Shown here: piece by piece, positions 17,770 to 27,760 of the stretch
How the letters are laid out: each line of letters begins with the position of its first letter
Position numbering within the stretch: position 1 is the stretch's first letter
NCBI GenBank assembly: GCA_026390585.1
Contig: JAPLFP010000173.1
Coordinates: 269-64,268, forward strand
Length of the DNA: 64,000 nucleotides
From: Ignavibacteriales bacterium
Lineage (GTDB): Bacteria > Bacteroidota > Ignavibacteria > UBA10030
Reading direction: 5' to 3'
The notes under the pieces: model-generated
Databases searched by the model: none
What the model was told of the DNA's origin: nothing
Seen by the model: the letters and a program-made list of their open reading frames with translations, nothing else
Made by a program: the position numbers and the translations under genes

Positions 17770-19569
17770 TCAGGTGCCTCGTTTCACTGAGAACCGAAAC
17801 ATACTTCCCTTCCCTACTTCACTTTCGACCCAGATCCTGCCGCCATGGGCTTTGATGATTTCCCGGCAGATCCAGAGGCCGAGGCCGGTTCCCTTGATTT
17901 TTCCTGCCTCTCCCGCGTCGACCCGCGCATATTTCTGGAAGAGCCTTCCCAAATGCTCGGCCGGGACGCCGAGCCCCTGATCACTGACAGAGAACAAGAC
18001 TTCGTCCGGCTGTTGTTCATGCTGGCTGACCGCAACCTTGATGGCTCCGCCTGCAGGAGAGTACTTCACAGCGTTGGAAATGAGGTTCTGAAGAACCTGA
18101 CGGAGCTTGTTTTGGTCACCGCGGACATACGAGCAGCTTACATCGATTGTTGAGTTGAAGCTGTGGCGGGCCGAGATCTTCACCATCGAGACAGCTTCCT
18201 GAACGATCGTCTCGACATTCACGATTTTAAACTGGTAGTTGAGCTGGCCGGACTCGATTTTCGCTATCGAAAGGGTGTCCTCGGCGAGCAGACTGAGACG
18301 ACCGGCCTGGTCAACGATGATGCTCAGGTATTCTTTCAGACGATCGGCGCTCACTTCTTTTCTCAGGAGGGATTTCGCAGCGAGCATGATCGTCGAGAGC
18401 GGCGTCCGGAAATCGTGCGAGACGATGCCGACAAAATCGGTTTTCAACTTGTCGAGTTCCACCAGTCGCTCATTGGTGCGCTTGATTTCTTCGAAAAGAC
18501 GCGCATTCCGCAGAGCGCTGCCGATCTGGTCGCACAGCGTTTCAAGCACAAGCACATCGGTGTCATCAAAAGCATAGAGCTTGGTATCTTCCACGTTCAG
18601 GACGCCGACCACTTGATTCTCTGAGACAATCGGAAGGGCAAGCTCGGAATTCGTATTGTGGTACTGATGTGCAAGAAACCTGTTATCGAGGCTGACGTCG
18701 TTGGCAAGGACGAACTGGCCGTGCTCTGCAACCCAGCCAATAATTCCTTCTCCAACCTGCTGCCTGTAGCCGTGGGGCAGGAAGTCAATGTAGTTGCCAG
18801 AATGTGCCGCAAGGACCAACTCTTTTTCTTCAGCACTTTCCAGAAAGATCGTCACGTCGAAATACTGGAAATTCTTTTGGATCGCTTCCGCTGCCGAAGA
18901 AAGAAGCTCGTCAATATTGAGTGTTGAAGTGAGCTTCCGAGCGACCTGGTTCACCAGTCCAATTTGAGCAACCCTTTTCTGTGCCCGCTCCATCAGGCTT
19001 GTATGCCTCAGAGCAATGGCCATCTGAAGACTCAGAAGCTGCGCGAGCCAGAGATCGGGATCGACGAATGCACCTGGTTTCGAGGATCCAAACACCAGGG
19101 CACCGATCATTTCCTCGTGCGTATGAATCGGCACAATGATAAGAGAATGAATCCCCAACTCCTTCAACTTGCCCTCGAGCGACGGATGAAACGCAGGCGC
19201 TGATTCAATGTCGACCATGATGCCCGCATTGTTCTGGATGGACCAACCGGGCATGCCGACGTCAACGGAGAAATGTTTGTGCTCGAGTTCAATAGCGTCC
19301 ATCAGCGGCGAGAGCGTGCTGATGACATAGTGTGTTTTGTTGTGACTCAGGAGGCCGGCAAATGCGCATTCCCCCTCAATCAACCGCTTGAGGTTGTCTT
19401 TCAGAATGCGGACTATCTCCTCCCGCGAACGGGCTGCATCGACCTTCAGGGAGAGTTCGGAGAGCGTGTTCACGCGCGAGCTGAACTCCTGCGCTTCCAT
19501 CAAGCGCAACCTCATTTCCTCTGGAGAGAGAAAATCGAGATTCTCAGGAGGTTGCCATTCGGGAGACAT
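17770..19569 (-). CDS. Cytoplasmic sensor histidine kinase with tandem GAF domains
   Basis: H-box SHDFRTPLSTI and N/G boxes (…NLISNAVKYSP…, …DQGLGVP…, GTGLGLWICREI). There is no TM segment. ATG at 19569 is preferred because the longer ORF overlaps the GNAT gene. Confidence 0.8.
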   Translation of the reverse strand: MSPEWQPPENLDFLSPEEMRLRLMEAQEFSSRVNTLSELSLKVDAARSREEIVRILKDNLKRLIEGECAFAGLLSHNKTHYVISTLSPLMDAIELEHKHFSVDVGMPGWSIQNNAGIMVDIESAPAFHPSLEGKLKELGIHSLIIVPIHTHEEMIGALVFGSSKPGAFVDPDLWLAQLLSLQMAIALRHTSLMERAQKRVAQIGLVNQVARKLTSTLNIDELLSSAAEAIQKNFQYFDVTIFLESAEEKELVLAAHSGNYIDFLPHGYRQQVGEGIIGWVAEHGQFVLANDVSLDNRFLAHQYHNTNSELALPIVSENQVVGVLNVEDTKLYAFDDTDVLVLETLCDQIGSALRNARLFEEIKRTNERLVELDKLKTDFVGIVSHDFRTPLSTIMLAAKSLLRKEVSADRLKEYLSIIVDQAGRLSLLAEDTLSIAKIESGQLNYQFKIVNVETIVQEAVSMVKISARHSFNSTIDVSCSYVRGDQNKLRQVLQNLISNAVKYSPAGGAIKVAVSQHEQQPDEVLFSVSDQGLGVPAEHLGRLFQKYARVDAGEAGKIKGTGLGLWICREIIKAHGGRIWVESEVGKGSMFRFSVKRGT

Positions 19570-19619
19570 GGAGTGCCTAGAAGTCGATTTCACAGTGTGT
19601 GTTGAGATCCCGCCACCGT

Positions 19620-20207
19620 TTATTGATGAACCGTTGTCGTCCGCCCCTTGTTTTCGACGCCGTGTGCAACCCGCCAATCCTTCGCCAACATGCCATAGAC
19701 GACGTGGTCCACATAGTGATCATACAACCATTCTGCCTCGCGGTGGAGCCCCTCGGCTCTGAACCCAAGACGCTCCGGAATGCCTCTGCTTTTCACGTTA
19801 CCTTCGGCGCACCGGATTTCGATACGATTCAGCTTCCACTCATCGATGGCATAATCAACGAGCGTGCGACACGCTTTCGTCATGAATCCCCTGCCCTGAA
19901 ATCGTGCGTCGAGCCAGTACCCAATGCATGTCGACCGGTTCGCCCATTCCAGATGGTGGTAGCCGATGATACCAACTATTTGGCCCTGATGCCATATCGC
20001 TGATTGAAAGCCCTGGTTCAACGAAAGTTGGCGCAGGGTGGACTCAACAAAAAGGATCATTTCATCAATGCTGCGGGTCATGTCCAGCCAGGGCAGCCAT
20101 TCCCGAAGGTAGGGTCTGTTGGCATCGACGAGGAGCAGCAGATCCTCTGCCTCGCGCAACTCCAGGCTCTTCAGAAACAGACCATCCTCAATCGCGATCT
20201 TGACCAT
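19620..20207 (-). CDS. GNAT family N-acetyltransferase (RimJ/RimL-like)
   Basis: RimL-like N-terminus (…LREAEDLLLLVDANRPYLREWLPW…) and an acetyl-CoA motif region (…RFQGRGFMTKA…). ATG at 20207 is preferred over GTG at 20216. Confidence 0.75.
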   Translation of the reverse strand: MVKIAIEDGLFLKSLELREAEDLLLLVDANRPYLREWLPWLDMTRSIDEMILFVESTLRQLSLNQGFQSAIWHQGQIVGIIGYHHLEWANRSTCIGYWLDARFQGRGFMTKACRTLVDYAIDEWKLNRIEIRCAEGNVKSRGIPERLGFRAEGLHREAEWLYDHYVDHVVYGMLAKDWRVAHGVENKGRTTTVHQ

Positions 20208-20215
20208 TCCACTCA

Positions 20216-20701
20216 CTATTCATCGACCATGACATCGAATCGGACAATTTCGAAACCCTTTTTCGCATCAAGGAACGAATATATCACCCCAACAAACACC
20301 ACCGCCATCCCGAGGAGAAAGGCAATCGTGATCGCCGAGTCTGATTGAAATCCATGAATCAGAAAACTGAGTCCGATAAGCAATGAAGTGACGATGAAAA
20401 GCCCAATTGCACCGGTGTAGCACATCACCGAGTTCCTCACGAGTTCCGCCCGGTGCATCAAATGCCCGATCTGGCGCGAGAGGCTCTCGAGGCGAAGAGT
20501 CTCTTCAAAGTTCTTCTCTCCCGCCTTCTTGAAGAGTTTGCGTTTCTCTTCATTCAGGAGACGAATTCTGTTGAGCACAGTCGAGTACTTGTTGCTCGTG
20601 GCAAGCAGTAGCAATCCACAGGCGTTGATCATGACCGCGGGTGCCAGTATCAACTGAATAATCTGAATGACGGAGAATCCTTCTCCCATGCCTTGGTTCA
20701 T
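20216..20701 (-). CDS. DUF2721-like membrane protein
   Basis: 161 aa with three TM helices and the N-terminal pattern …IQLILAPAVMINACGLLLL…NRIR… typical of DUF2721. Confidence 0.6.
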   Translation of the reverse strand: MNQGMGEGFSVIQIIQLILAPAVMINACGLLLLATSNKYSTVLNRIRLLNEEKRKLFKKAGEKNFEETLRLESLSRQIGHLMHRAELVRNSVMCYTGAIGLFIVTSLLIGLSFLIHGFQSDSAITIAFLLGMAVVFVGVIYSFLDAKKGFEIVRFDVMVDE

Positions 20702-20759
20702 AACTGATTTCCTTACGATTCTCTGCTTCTAGAAACACGAGGAGAAGACCAGTGTTTGC

Positions 20760-20801
20760 TGTCAGGAGTTTCCTCTCCAAAGGAGCCCTTCGGGCCTGAC
20801 A
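20760..20801. repeat. TGTCAGG…CCTGACA palindromic element (copy 2, long loop)
   Basis: TGTCAGG (20760..20766) and CCTGACA (20795..20801) enclose two mini-hairpins, CTCC-AAA-GGAG and GCCC-TTC-GGGC. Confidence 0.55.
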
Positions 20802-20819
20802 ACAAGAGAGCCCACTCTA

Positions 20820-20843
20820 GTGTCAGGACAAAAGTCCTGACAC
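20820..20843. repeat. GTGTCAGG…CCTGACAC palindromic element (copy 3)
   Basis: Perfect 10-bp stem GTGTCAGGAC-AAAA-GTCCTGACAC. Confidence 0.65.
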
Positions 20844-20870
20844 CACATGTGAGGATTTTCGACTACGTCT

Positions 20871-21869
20871 CTAGGTTTGCACTACCTCCCCGATGATGAA
20901 TGGACGTTCGCGTTTTCGTCGAAGCACCGCCTGGACCTTCGCCGCCTGGTTTGGCGAAACTATCATGATCAGACCAACGCCAAGATTGAACGTGCGACGC
21001 ATGTCGCTTTCCGGGACATTCCCCGCCGTCTGGATCAGATCGAAGAGAAATGGCCGTTTCCAAGATTGCCAGTCAACGTTCAGCGAGAGCCCCTTTGGGA
21101 CGACACGCATCGTGTTACCTTCAATTCCCCCGCCTGTGATATGAGACATCCCCTTGATCTCAAATGTCGAGAGAAGAGGGTAGACGGCCTTAAAATACGA
21201 GCGGTGAACGGTCAAAAGCGCATCTCCCAGGGTCCCTCTCAATTCTACAAAATGTTGATCCAGTCGGTAGTGTTCAAGGAGGACGCTCCTGGCCAGAGAG
21301 TACCCGTTCGTGTGCAAACCCGTTGATGGCAACGCGATAAGCACGTCTCCCTTCTTTACATGGCGACCACGGATCACTCGCCGTTCATCTACAACACCAA
21401 CTATTGTGCCGGCGATATCATACTCTCCTTCAGAGTAGAACCCGGGCATTTCAGCGGTTTCCCCGCCAATGATCGAGCAGCCATTCTCCTTGCACGCCGT
21501 GACAAAGCCGTCGATGACCTGTGCAGCAACGATTGGCGAGAGCTTTCCCGTGGCAAAATAGTCCAGGAAATAGAGCGGCTTTGCCCCACAGACGAGAATG
21601 TCGTTCACACAGTGGTTTACCAGATCCTGCCCCACTGTATGGTGGCGATTCAAGGCAAACGCGATCTTGAGCTTGGTACCGACCCCATCAACACTCGAGA
21701 CGAGTACAGGATTTCGAAGACCCTTGAAGTCTGCACGATAAAATGCACCAAAAGCACCGATGTCGGTGAGGACATTAGGAGTGAATGTCGAGCGGACGCG
21801 CGACTTGATACGCCGGACCAGATCTTCGCCGGCTTCAATATCAACGCCCGCTTCTTTGTAGGTTCTCAT
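20871..21869 (-). CDS. purM: Phosphoribosylformylglycinamidine cyclo-ligase (AIR synthetase)
   Basis: YKEAGVDIEAGE N-terminus, DGVGTK, and GGETAEMPG motifs. ATG at 21869 (MRTYKEAGVD…) is preferred over the extended ORF. Confidence 0.9.
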   Translation of the reverse strand: MRTYKEAGVDIEAGEDLVRRIKSRVRSTFTPNVLTDIGAFGAFYRADFKGLRNPVLVSSVDGVGTKLKIAFALNRHHTVGQDLVNHCVNDILVCGAKPLYFLDYFATGKLSPIVAAQVIDGFVTACKENGCSIIGGETAEMPGFYSEGEYDIAGTIVGVVDERRVIRGRHVKKGDVLIALPSTGLHTNGYSLARSVLLEHYRLDQHFVELRGTLGDALLTVHRSYFKAVYPLLSTFEIKGMSHITGGGIEGNTMRVVPKGLSLNVDWQSWKRPFLFDLIQTAGNVPESDMRRTFNLGVGLIMIVSPNQAAKVQAVLRRKRERPFIIGEVVQT

Positions 21870-22038
21870 GCAGTTATTCCGAAGGTCCGCTGGCAAGATA
21901 CCAGATTTTCCGAAGGTGAACAAGTGCGAACTTGGCCACAAGGTCCGCTTCTACTCCGGTGAGATCCAAAGGCATTATGGCTTGGGCGAATCAAGAATGT
22001 GACTCGCCTCACTCGGGACCGTAACTCAGTTTCCAATC

Positions 22039-22067
22039 TTGCGAAAATGACGGGTCTTGAGTATATT
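22039..22067 (+). promoter_or_regulatory. Sigma70-like promoter (TTGCGA-N17-TATATT)
   Basis: The -35 box is at 22039..22044 and the -10 box at 22062..22067, 35 nt upstream of the FAH-family ATG. Confidence 0.45.
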
Positions 22068-22101
22068 AGGCCTTCAGAATAGACGGGTATGCTTGACAGC
22101 A

Positions 22102-22773
22102 ATGGCCAAGACACACCTCATAGGTTCCGCCGAAACATTTGAGGTCCGGAAAATCTTCTGCATAGGAAGAAACTACGCTGACCATGCAAAAGAAATGAAA
22201 GCTGATATCCCGGAAGCACCTGTCTTTTTCCTCAAACCACCGACGGCCATTATCGGAGAAGGCGGGGTGATTCGTATTCCGTCGATTTCGAAGGAACTCC
22301 ACCACGAGGTGGAGATGACGGTCCTCCTCGGACGTGGAGGAAAGGACATTTCTCGCGGGAATGCGCTCAACTTTGTAGCGGGATATGGTATCGGACTCGA
22401 TATGACGCTGCGTGATGTACAAAGCGAGGCAAAGAAAAAGGGCTTGCCATGGACACTGGCGAAGGGCTTTGACACCTCTGCCCCTCTGTCTGCATTTGTG
22501 CCAGCAGATCAGATTTCTGACCCGCATGATCTCGATCTCAAGCTCGACGTCAATGGTGTCACCCGTCAACAATCGAACACAAAGAACTTTATTTTCAAGA
22601 TCGATGAGCTCATTGCCTATATCTCCCAGTTCTTTACGTTTGAACGCGGAGACATCATTTTCACCGGTACGCCGGAAGGTGTCGCGCCGGCAGCATCGGG
22701 AGATCGGCTTGAAGCTCAGCTTTCCTCACCAAAGCACGCGGTCCTTGTCTCTCTCAATGTGAGTGTTCAATAG
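22102..22773 (+). CDS. Fumarylacetoacetate hydrolase (FAH) family protein
   Basis: …KIFCIGRNYADHAKEM…FFLKPP…HHEVEM…GDIIFTGTPEGV…. ATG at 22102 is preferred. Confidence 0.8.
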   Translation: MAKTHLIGSAETFEVRKIFCIGRNYADHAKEMKADIPEAPVFFLKPPTAIIGEGGVIRIPSISKELHHEVEMTVLLGRGGKDISRGNALNFVAGYGIGLDMTLRDVQSEAKKKGLPWTLAKGFDTSAPLSAFVPADQISDPHDLDLKLDVNGVTRQQSNTKNFIFKIDELIAYISQFFTFERGDIIFTGTPEGVAPAASGDRLEAQLSSPKHAVLVSLNVSVQ

Positions 22774-22787
22774 GCACGCACGAATTG

Positions 22788-23165
22788 ATGATCAGGATCA
22801 GACAATTTCTGAGGAACTACCGCGTCGCCATTTCGGCGTGGCTTCTCATTGTCGCCCTTATCTATGCAGGTCTCTATTATAGAATCGACAATAGCGTCGT
22901 TGCTCTGAGTGTCCTGATCGTCGGTGTCCTCGGACAAGCATTTGGAGCCCTTGTGGCATGGATTGGATTTATTCCTCTTGTTGGACCGATGGTGGCTCAT
23001 GTCTTGTCTCTCCCATTCATCTGGCTCCTGAATGGAGTCGGTTACCTTGTTTCGGTTGTGGCGATCCGGCGCGGTTATTCGAAGGATGTGCTCAACTATA
23101 GGATTATCACGATCACGCTCCTCTTCGGTATTACGTTTGGTTATGTCCTTGGAAAAGTTCTTTGA
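22788..23165 (+). CDS. Hypothetical integral membrane protein
   Basis: About 125 aa with four predicted hydrophobic helices and no recognisable motif. Confidence 0.4.
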   Translation: MIRIRQFLRNYRVAISAWLLIVALIYAGLYYRIDNSVVALSVLIVGVLGQAFGALVAWIGFIPLVGPMVAHVLSLPFIWLLNGVGYLVSVVAIRRGYSKDVLNYRIITITLLFGITFGYVLGKVL

Positions 23166-23190
23166 TACTTGACTTCATCTGGAGCATCGC

Positions 23191-24366
23191 TTGAACCGAT
23201 ATCGAATAGTCTCAATGATTTCGATCATCGCCTTCGCTTTCATGTCAAGTTCCCCCGGAACAACATCCGAGAACGGCCCTGGAAGTCGGGTGAACAGGGA
23301 CCATGTGACCAGCGGCTGGATTGAGCAAGTCTATACTCCTTTCGATACACTGCGGACCGATCTTTCGGACTACATCTGGCCGACGAATGCCAGCACCGTT
23401 ATCACTTCCTCTTTTGCCGACTATCGACGGACACACCTCCACGAGGGAATCGATATTTCGACAAACAACCTGAAGGGCTATCCGGTCTATGCCTCGCGGG
23501 ATGGCTACGTGAGCAGGGTGTTCATCTCTCGTCGCGGGTATGGCAAAATGCTCACCGTCCGCCACCCGGATGGGTTCGTTACGATGTACGCCCACCTCCA
23601 GAGATTCATGGGCCCGATCGACGAGTATGTCAAGATGACTCAGAAACGTACGAAGCGCTATTCTCTCGAGACAGATCTTGATCCGTCGATGTTCCCAGTC
23701 TCAAAAGGAGATGTTATTGCATATACTGGAAACACTGGCATCGGTGCTGCCCACCTCCATTTCGAAGTACGGGATTCATCGTTCAATCCCATCAATCCCC
23801 TGTTGCTGCCGCATGTTGCATCTACCCTCAATGATGAGGTTCCCCCCGAAATCCAGATGGTTGCCTTCACTCCACTCAACCAATCCTCCAAAGTGCTTGG
23901 GAGAAACAAGGTCTGGAGTGTAGACACCAAGAAGGAGGATTTCGCGAGCTACACATTGTCACAACCCGTCAAACTCTCCGGCTCCATTGGGATCAGCGTT
24001 CGGGCAACTGATCGAGCAGACGTACTAAAGTACAAGACGGGCTGCTACCGGTTTGAAGTGTCTATCGATGGCCAACTTCTTTTCAGTTCGGCGAAGAACT
24101 ACATTCTGGAGAGCGAAGCACACCCCGTCGCCGCGTACTATGACAAAAGTCTGCTCAGGACGACAAGGGGAAAATTCGAAAAGCTCTATGTCGAATCTGG
24201 CAATCGCCTCCCATTCTACAACCGTCTCCCTGAGGGCTCGGGCACGATTGAGACATCTGAATTCGAGCCAGGAGAGCACGTCTTGAAGATTGCGACCTGG
24301 GATCTTTCTGGCAACGAATCGACTTTGACAACAATCCTCGTGATGGGCAGCTCATCGACTCACTAG
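23191..24366 (+). CDS. M23 family metallopeptidase
   Basis: M23 motifs HxxxD (HLHEGIDIS) and HLHFEV. It has a signal-like N-terminus. TTG at 23191 or ATG at 23215 could be the start. A beta-rich C-terminal extension of about 170 aa follows. Confidence 0.8.
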   Translation: MNRYRIVSMISIIAFAFMSSSPGTTSENGPGSRVNRDHVTSGWIEQVYTPFDTLRTDLSDYIWPTNASTVITSSFADYRRTHLHEGIDISTNNLKGYPVYASRDGYVSRVFISRRGYGKMLTVRHPDGFVTMYAHLQRFMGPIDEYVKMTQKRTKRYSLETDLDPSMFPVSKGDVIAYTGNTGIGAAHLHFEVRDSSFNPINPLLLPHVASTLNDEVPPEIQMVAFTPLNQSSKVLGRNKVWSVDTKKEDFASYTLSQPVKLSGSIGISVRATDRADVLKYKTGCYRFEVSIDGQLLFSSAKNYILESEAHPVAAYYDKSLLRTTRGKFEKLYVESGNRLPFYNRLPEGSGTIETSEFEPGEHVLKIATWDLSGNESTLTTILVMGSSSTH

Positions 24367-24411
24367 TTGACTTCTATCGCGTATCCCTCATTGTGATCAC
24401 TCCACACAACA

Positions 24412-24440
24412 GTCCTCGTTGATTTACACGAGGATTTTTC
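24412..24440 (+). terminator. Rho-independent terminator after the M23 gene
   Basis: Stem TCCTCG (24413..24418) pairs with CGAGGA (24429..24434), followed by TTTTT. Confidence 0.5.
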
Positions 24441-24485
24441 GTTTATTCTCAGTAGAGAAGTTGGCAGACGAGGAGGATATATCCG

Positions 24486-24935
24486 ATGCAATCGCCAGGG
24501 ACCATACTCTTCATGATGTTCGCGTTGGCCCTCACCGTCAACGCCTGCTCTGACAGCGGCGACTCTGTTGCCAGCTTGCCTCCGTCGGGAGGTTCGCCAT
24601 CCTCCTACAGCTACAGTGGATACAATGCCAAAGGCCTGCTCGTGGTGGCCGGGTCGATGACTTTGGCTGTAACCGACAGTTGGACGGTGAGCGGGACCTG
24701 GACGCTGAAGTGCGTCGCTCCCGGGGAAAACGTCGGACCTCAGACCGGAAGCGGAACGCTGACAGGCAGCATCCAAGGGGCGAGAGTCATGGTCAACCTG
24801 AACCCGGGTTGGGCTGACAACAACGTCTTTCTCTCTGGATCCTTCGACAAGGATCGCTTTAGCGGAACATGGATGTGGAGCACCTTTGTCGGATCGACGG
24901 CGGAAGGGAGATTTGAGGCCATCAAGATTCGATAA
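24486..24935 (+). CDS. Hypothetical lipoprotein
   Basis: Signal peptide with lipobox LTVNAC and GGAGGA upstream. Gly/Ser/Trp-rich and beta-type. Confidence 0.5.
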   Translation: MQSPGTILFMMFALALTVNACSDSGDSVASLPPSGGSPSSYSYSGYNAKGLLVVAGSMTLAVTDSWTVSGTWTLKCVAPGENVGPQTGSGTLTGSIQGARVMVNLNPGWADNNVFLSGSFDKDRFSGTWMWSTFVGSTAEGRFEAIKIR

Positions 24936-25018
24936 CGATTCGCATCGGCTGCTTCACCGCCCCGGTGGCACGCGCGTCGCTTCATTATTTTCATCATCCC
25001 ACGAAAAACAGCACAAGA

Positions 25019-27730
25019 ATGCAAGAACTCTCAAAGGCATACAATCCCAAAGAAGTCGAAGACAAGTGGTACGAGTATTGGGAATCCCGAAAGCTCTTCC
25101 ACGCGACTGCAAACGAAAAACGAACTCCGTACACCATTGTCATTCCACCGCCCAACATTACCGGGATCTTGACGATGGGGCACGTCCTGAACAATTCAAT
25201 TCAGGACATTCTGATTCGTTGGAAGCGCATGCAGGGGTTTGAAGCGTGCTGGATTCCTGGAACAGATCATGCAGGAATAGCGACGCAGAATGCCGTTGAG
25301 AAGTCTCTCGCCAAGGACGGAATCAAACGACACGATCTCGGACGAGAGAAGTTTGTCGAACGCGTATGGAAGTGGAGAGAAGAGTACGGCGGCACTATTG
25401 TCCGACAGCTCCGGAAGCTTGGAACTTCCTGCGATTGGGAGCGCGAACGATTCACGCTGGACGAAGGTTTATCTGAAGCGGTGAAGGAAGTTTTCGTCCG
25501 GATGTTCGACAAAGGGTTGATCTATCGCGGCAAGTACATCGTGAACTGGTGCACGTTTCATCAAACCGCTCTCAGTGACGATGAAGTAGACTATTCTGAG
25601 AGCAACAGCAATCTCTGGCACATCCGATATCCAATCGAAGGTTCGAAGGAGTTCGCTGTTGTCGCGACGACCCGTCCAGAAACGATGTTGGGAGATACCG
25701 CGATCGCTGTGAATCCGCACGACGAGCGGTACAAAGCGTTCGTCGGAAAATCAGCCATTCTCCCCCTCGTCGGACGCAAGCTGCGCATCATTGCTGACGA
25801 TTTCGTCGACGCGACGTTTGGCACTGGAATGGTGAAAGTCACTCCAGCACACGACCCCAATGATTTTCTCATGGGTCAGCGGCATCATCTCGAACAAATC
25901 AACATCCTTGATGAGAAGGGGCACACCAACTGGTCTGTCCCGAAACAGTATGCTGGATTGGATCGCTTCGAGGCCCGCAAGATGGTGGTCAAGGATCTCG
26001 AGGAACAGGGGTTCCTCGTCAAGATCGATCCGCACGTTCACAATGTCGGGAAATGTTACCGTTGCCACACCGTCATAGAGCCGTATCTTTCCGATCAATG
26101 GTTCGTACGAATGAAGCCGTTGGCCGAACCAGCGCTGAGAGTCGTACGTGAGGGCAAGATCCGCTTCCATCCGCAGCGTTGGGAGAAGGTTTACGATCAT
26201 TGGATGACCAACATTCGCGATTGGTGTATCTCCCGCCAGATCTGGTGGGGTCATCGCATTCCTGTGTACTACACGCCGAACGGTGAGCTCACCGCAGCTC
26301 GAAACGAAAACGAAGCGCGGCAAAAACTCGGCATCGGATCTGACATTCCGCTTCGCCAGGACGACGATGTTCTCGATACCTGGTTCTCTTCCTGGCTCTG
26401 GCCATTCTCGATCCTCGGATGGCCGCACGACAACGCAGACCTCCGGTATTTCAATCCGACATCAACCCTTGTCACAGGTCCGGACATCATTTTCTTCTGG
26501 GTTGCTCGCATGATCATGGCAAATATGGAATTCATGCGCGGCGAACCCAACCGCGAAGGAAAGCCGCGATCGAAAGATGAAGAGCTCATTCCATTCGAGG
26601 ATGTTTATTTCACCAGCATCATCCGTGATTCCCAGGGAAGGAAGATGAGCAAATCGCTCGGCAATTCTCCCAACCCGCTGGACGTGATCGATCAGTACGG
26701 AGCGGATGCGTTGCGATTCACCATCGCATTTCTCTCACCGCTGGGCCAGGATGTTCTCTTCTCCAGCGAGAAATGCGAAATCGGCAGGAACTTCGCCAAC
26801 AAAATCTGGAACGCCGGGCGCTTCCTGCTCATGAACAAAGCAGAATTGATCGGCACAGGCGATGCGGACTTGACTTCGTTGCCCGAAGCCCATCTGGACC
26901 TTGCCGACCGATGGATTCTCTCCCGGCTTCACCACGCAATCGGAAATTTCAACACGGCTCTCACAGAATTCCACCTGAACGAAGCAAGCAAAATCCTCTA
27001 TGATTTCATCTGGCATGACTTCTGTGACTGGTACGTTGAACTCGTTAAGACCCGGTTTTATGGAGAGGAGCCAGCGGAGACGAAAAAGGTCGTGCTCACG
27101 CGAGCGTTATGGGTATTCGATCAGGCCCTCCGCCTTCTGCACCCGGTAATGCCCTTCGTGACCGAAGAACTCTGGCAGCACCTCGCTGAGCGATCAGGCC
27201 AGTCATTGATACGATCGACATTCCCCACGCCGGAGAACAAGTGGATCGACCAGAAGACAGAAGACGAGATGGCATTTGTCCAGGATATCATCAACGCCTT
27301 GAGGAATATCCGCGGAGAGAACAACATTGCGCCTTCAAAGGAAATCAAGATTCAGGTGCGATTGGCCGAAGGGACCAGTAGCACGATTTTCGACACTTAC
27401 TCGAAGTACCTGCAGAAGCTCGCACGGGTCTCTGCGATCGAGACCTTGGCGTCGTCGGTCAAGCCGAAACTGGCGTCGAGTGCAGTGGTAAGTGGTTCTG
27501 AGATCTTTGTTCCTCTTGAAGGGCTCATCGATCTGGACGCCGAGCGCGCTCGTATCGAGAAGGAAATCGCCCGTTTGCAGCAGGCTATCGAGGCCACGGA
27601 ACGAAAACTGTGCAATGAATCGTTCGTTGCACGCGCGCCAAAAGAGGTTGTGGAAAAGGAACGCGAAAAGCTCGCATCGTTCAGGACGACAATCGAAAAG
27701 CTCCAGGCAAATCTGTTGCACTTGTCATAA
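25019..27730 (+). CDS. valS: Valine--tRNA ligase
   Basis: YNPKEVEDKWY N-terminus, HIGH-type motif (PPNITGILTMGH), KMSKS, and a C-terminal coiled coil. ATG at 25019 is preferred. Confidence 0.93.
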   Translation: MQELSKAYNPKEVEDKWYEYWESRKLFHATANEKRTPYTIVIPPPNITGILTMGHVLNNSIQDILIRWKRMQGFEACWIPGTDHAGIATQNAVEKSLAKDGIKRHDLGREKFVERVWKWREEYGGTIVRQLRKLGTSCDWERERFTLDEGLSEAVKEVFVRMFDKGLIYRGKYIVNWCTFHQTALSDDEVDYSESNSNLWHIRYPIEGSKEFAVVATTRPETMLGDTAIAVNPHDERYKAFVGKSAILPLVGRKLRIIADDFVDATFGTGMVKVTPAHDPNDFLMGQRHHLEQINILDEKGHTNWSVPKQYAGLDRFEARKMVVKDLEEQGFLVKIDPHVHNVGKCYRCHTVIEPYLSDQWFVRMKPLAEPALRVVREGKIRFHPQRWEKVYDHWMTNIRDWCISRQIWWGHRIPVYYTPNGELTAARNENEARQKLGIGSDIPLRQDDDVLDTWFSSWLWPFSILGWPHDNADLRYFNPTSTLVTGPDIIFFWVARMIMANMEFMRGEPNREGKPRSKDEELIPFEDVYFTSIIRDSQGRKMSKSLGNSPNPLDVIDQYGADALRFTIAFLSPLGQDVLFSSEKCEIGRNFANKIWNAGRFLLMNKAELIGTGDADLTSLPEAHLDLADRWILSRLHHAIGNFNTALTEFHLNEASKILYDFIWHDFCDWYVELVKTRFYGEEPAETKKVVLTRALWVFDQALRLLHPVMPFVTEELWQHLAERSGQSLIRSTFPTPENKWIDQKTEDEMAFVQDIINALRNIRGENNIAPSKEIKIQVRLAEGTSSTIFDTYSKYLQKLARVSAIETLASSVKPKLASSAVVSGSEIFVPLEGLIDLDAERARIEKEIARLQQAIEATERKLCNESFVARAPKEVVEKEREKLASFRTTIEKLQANLLHLS

Positions 27731-27760
27731 CTGTACGCCTCGCTGGCGGCGGAGAGTCGC

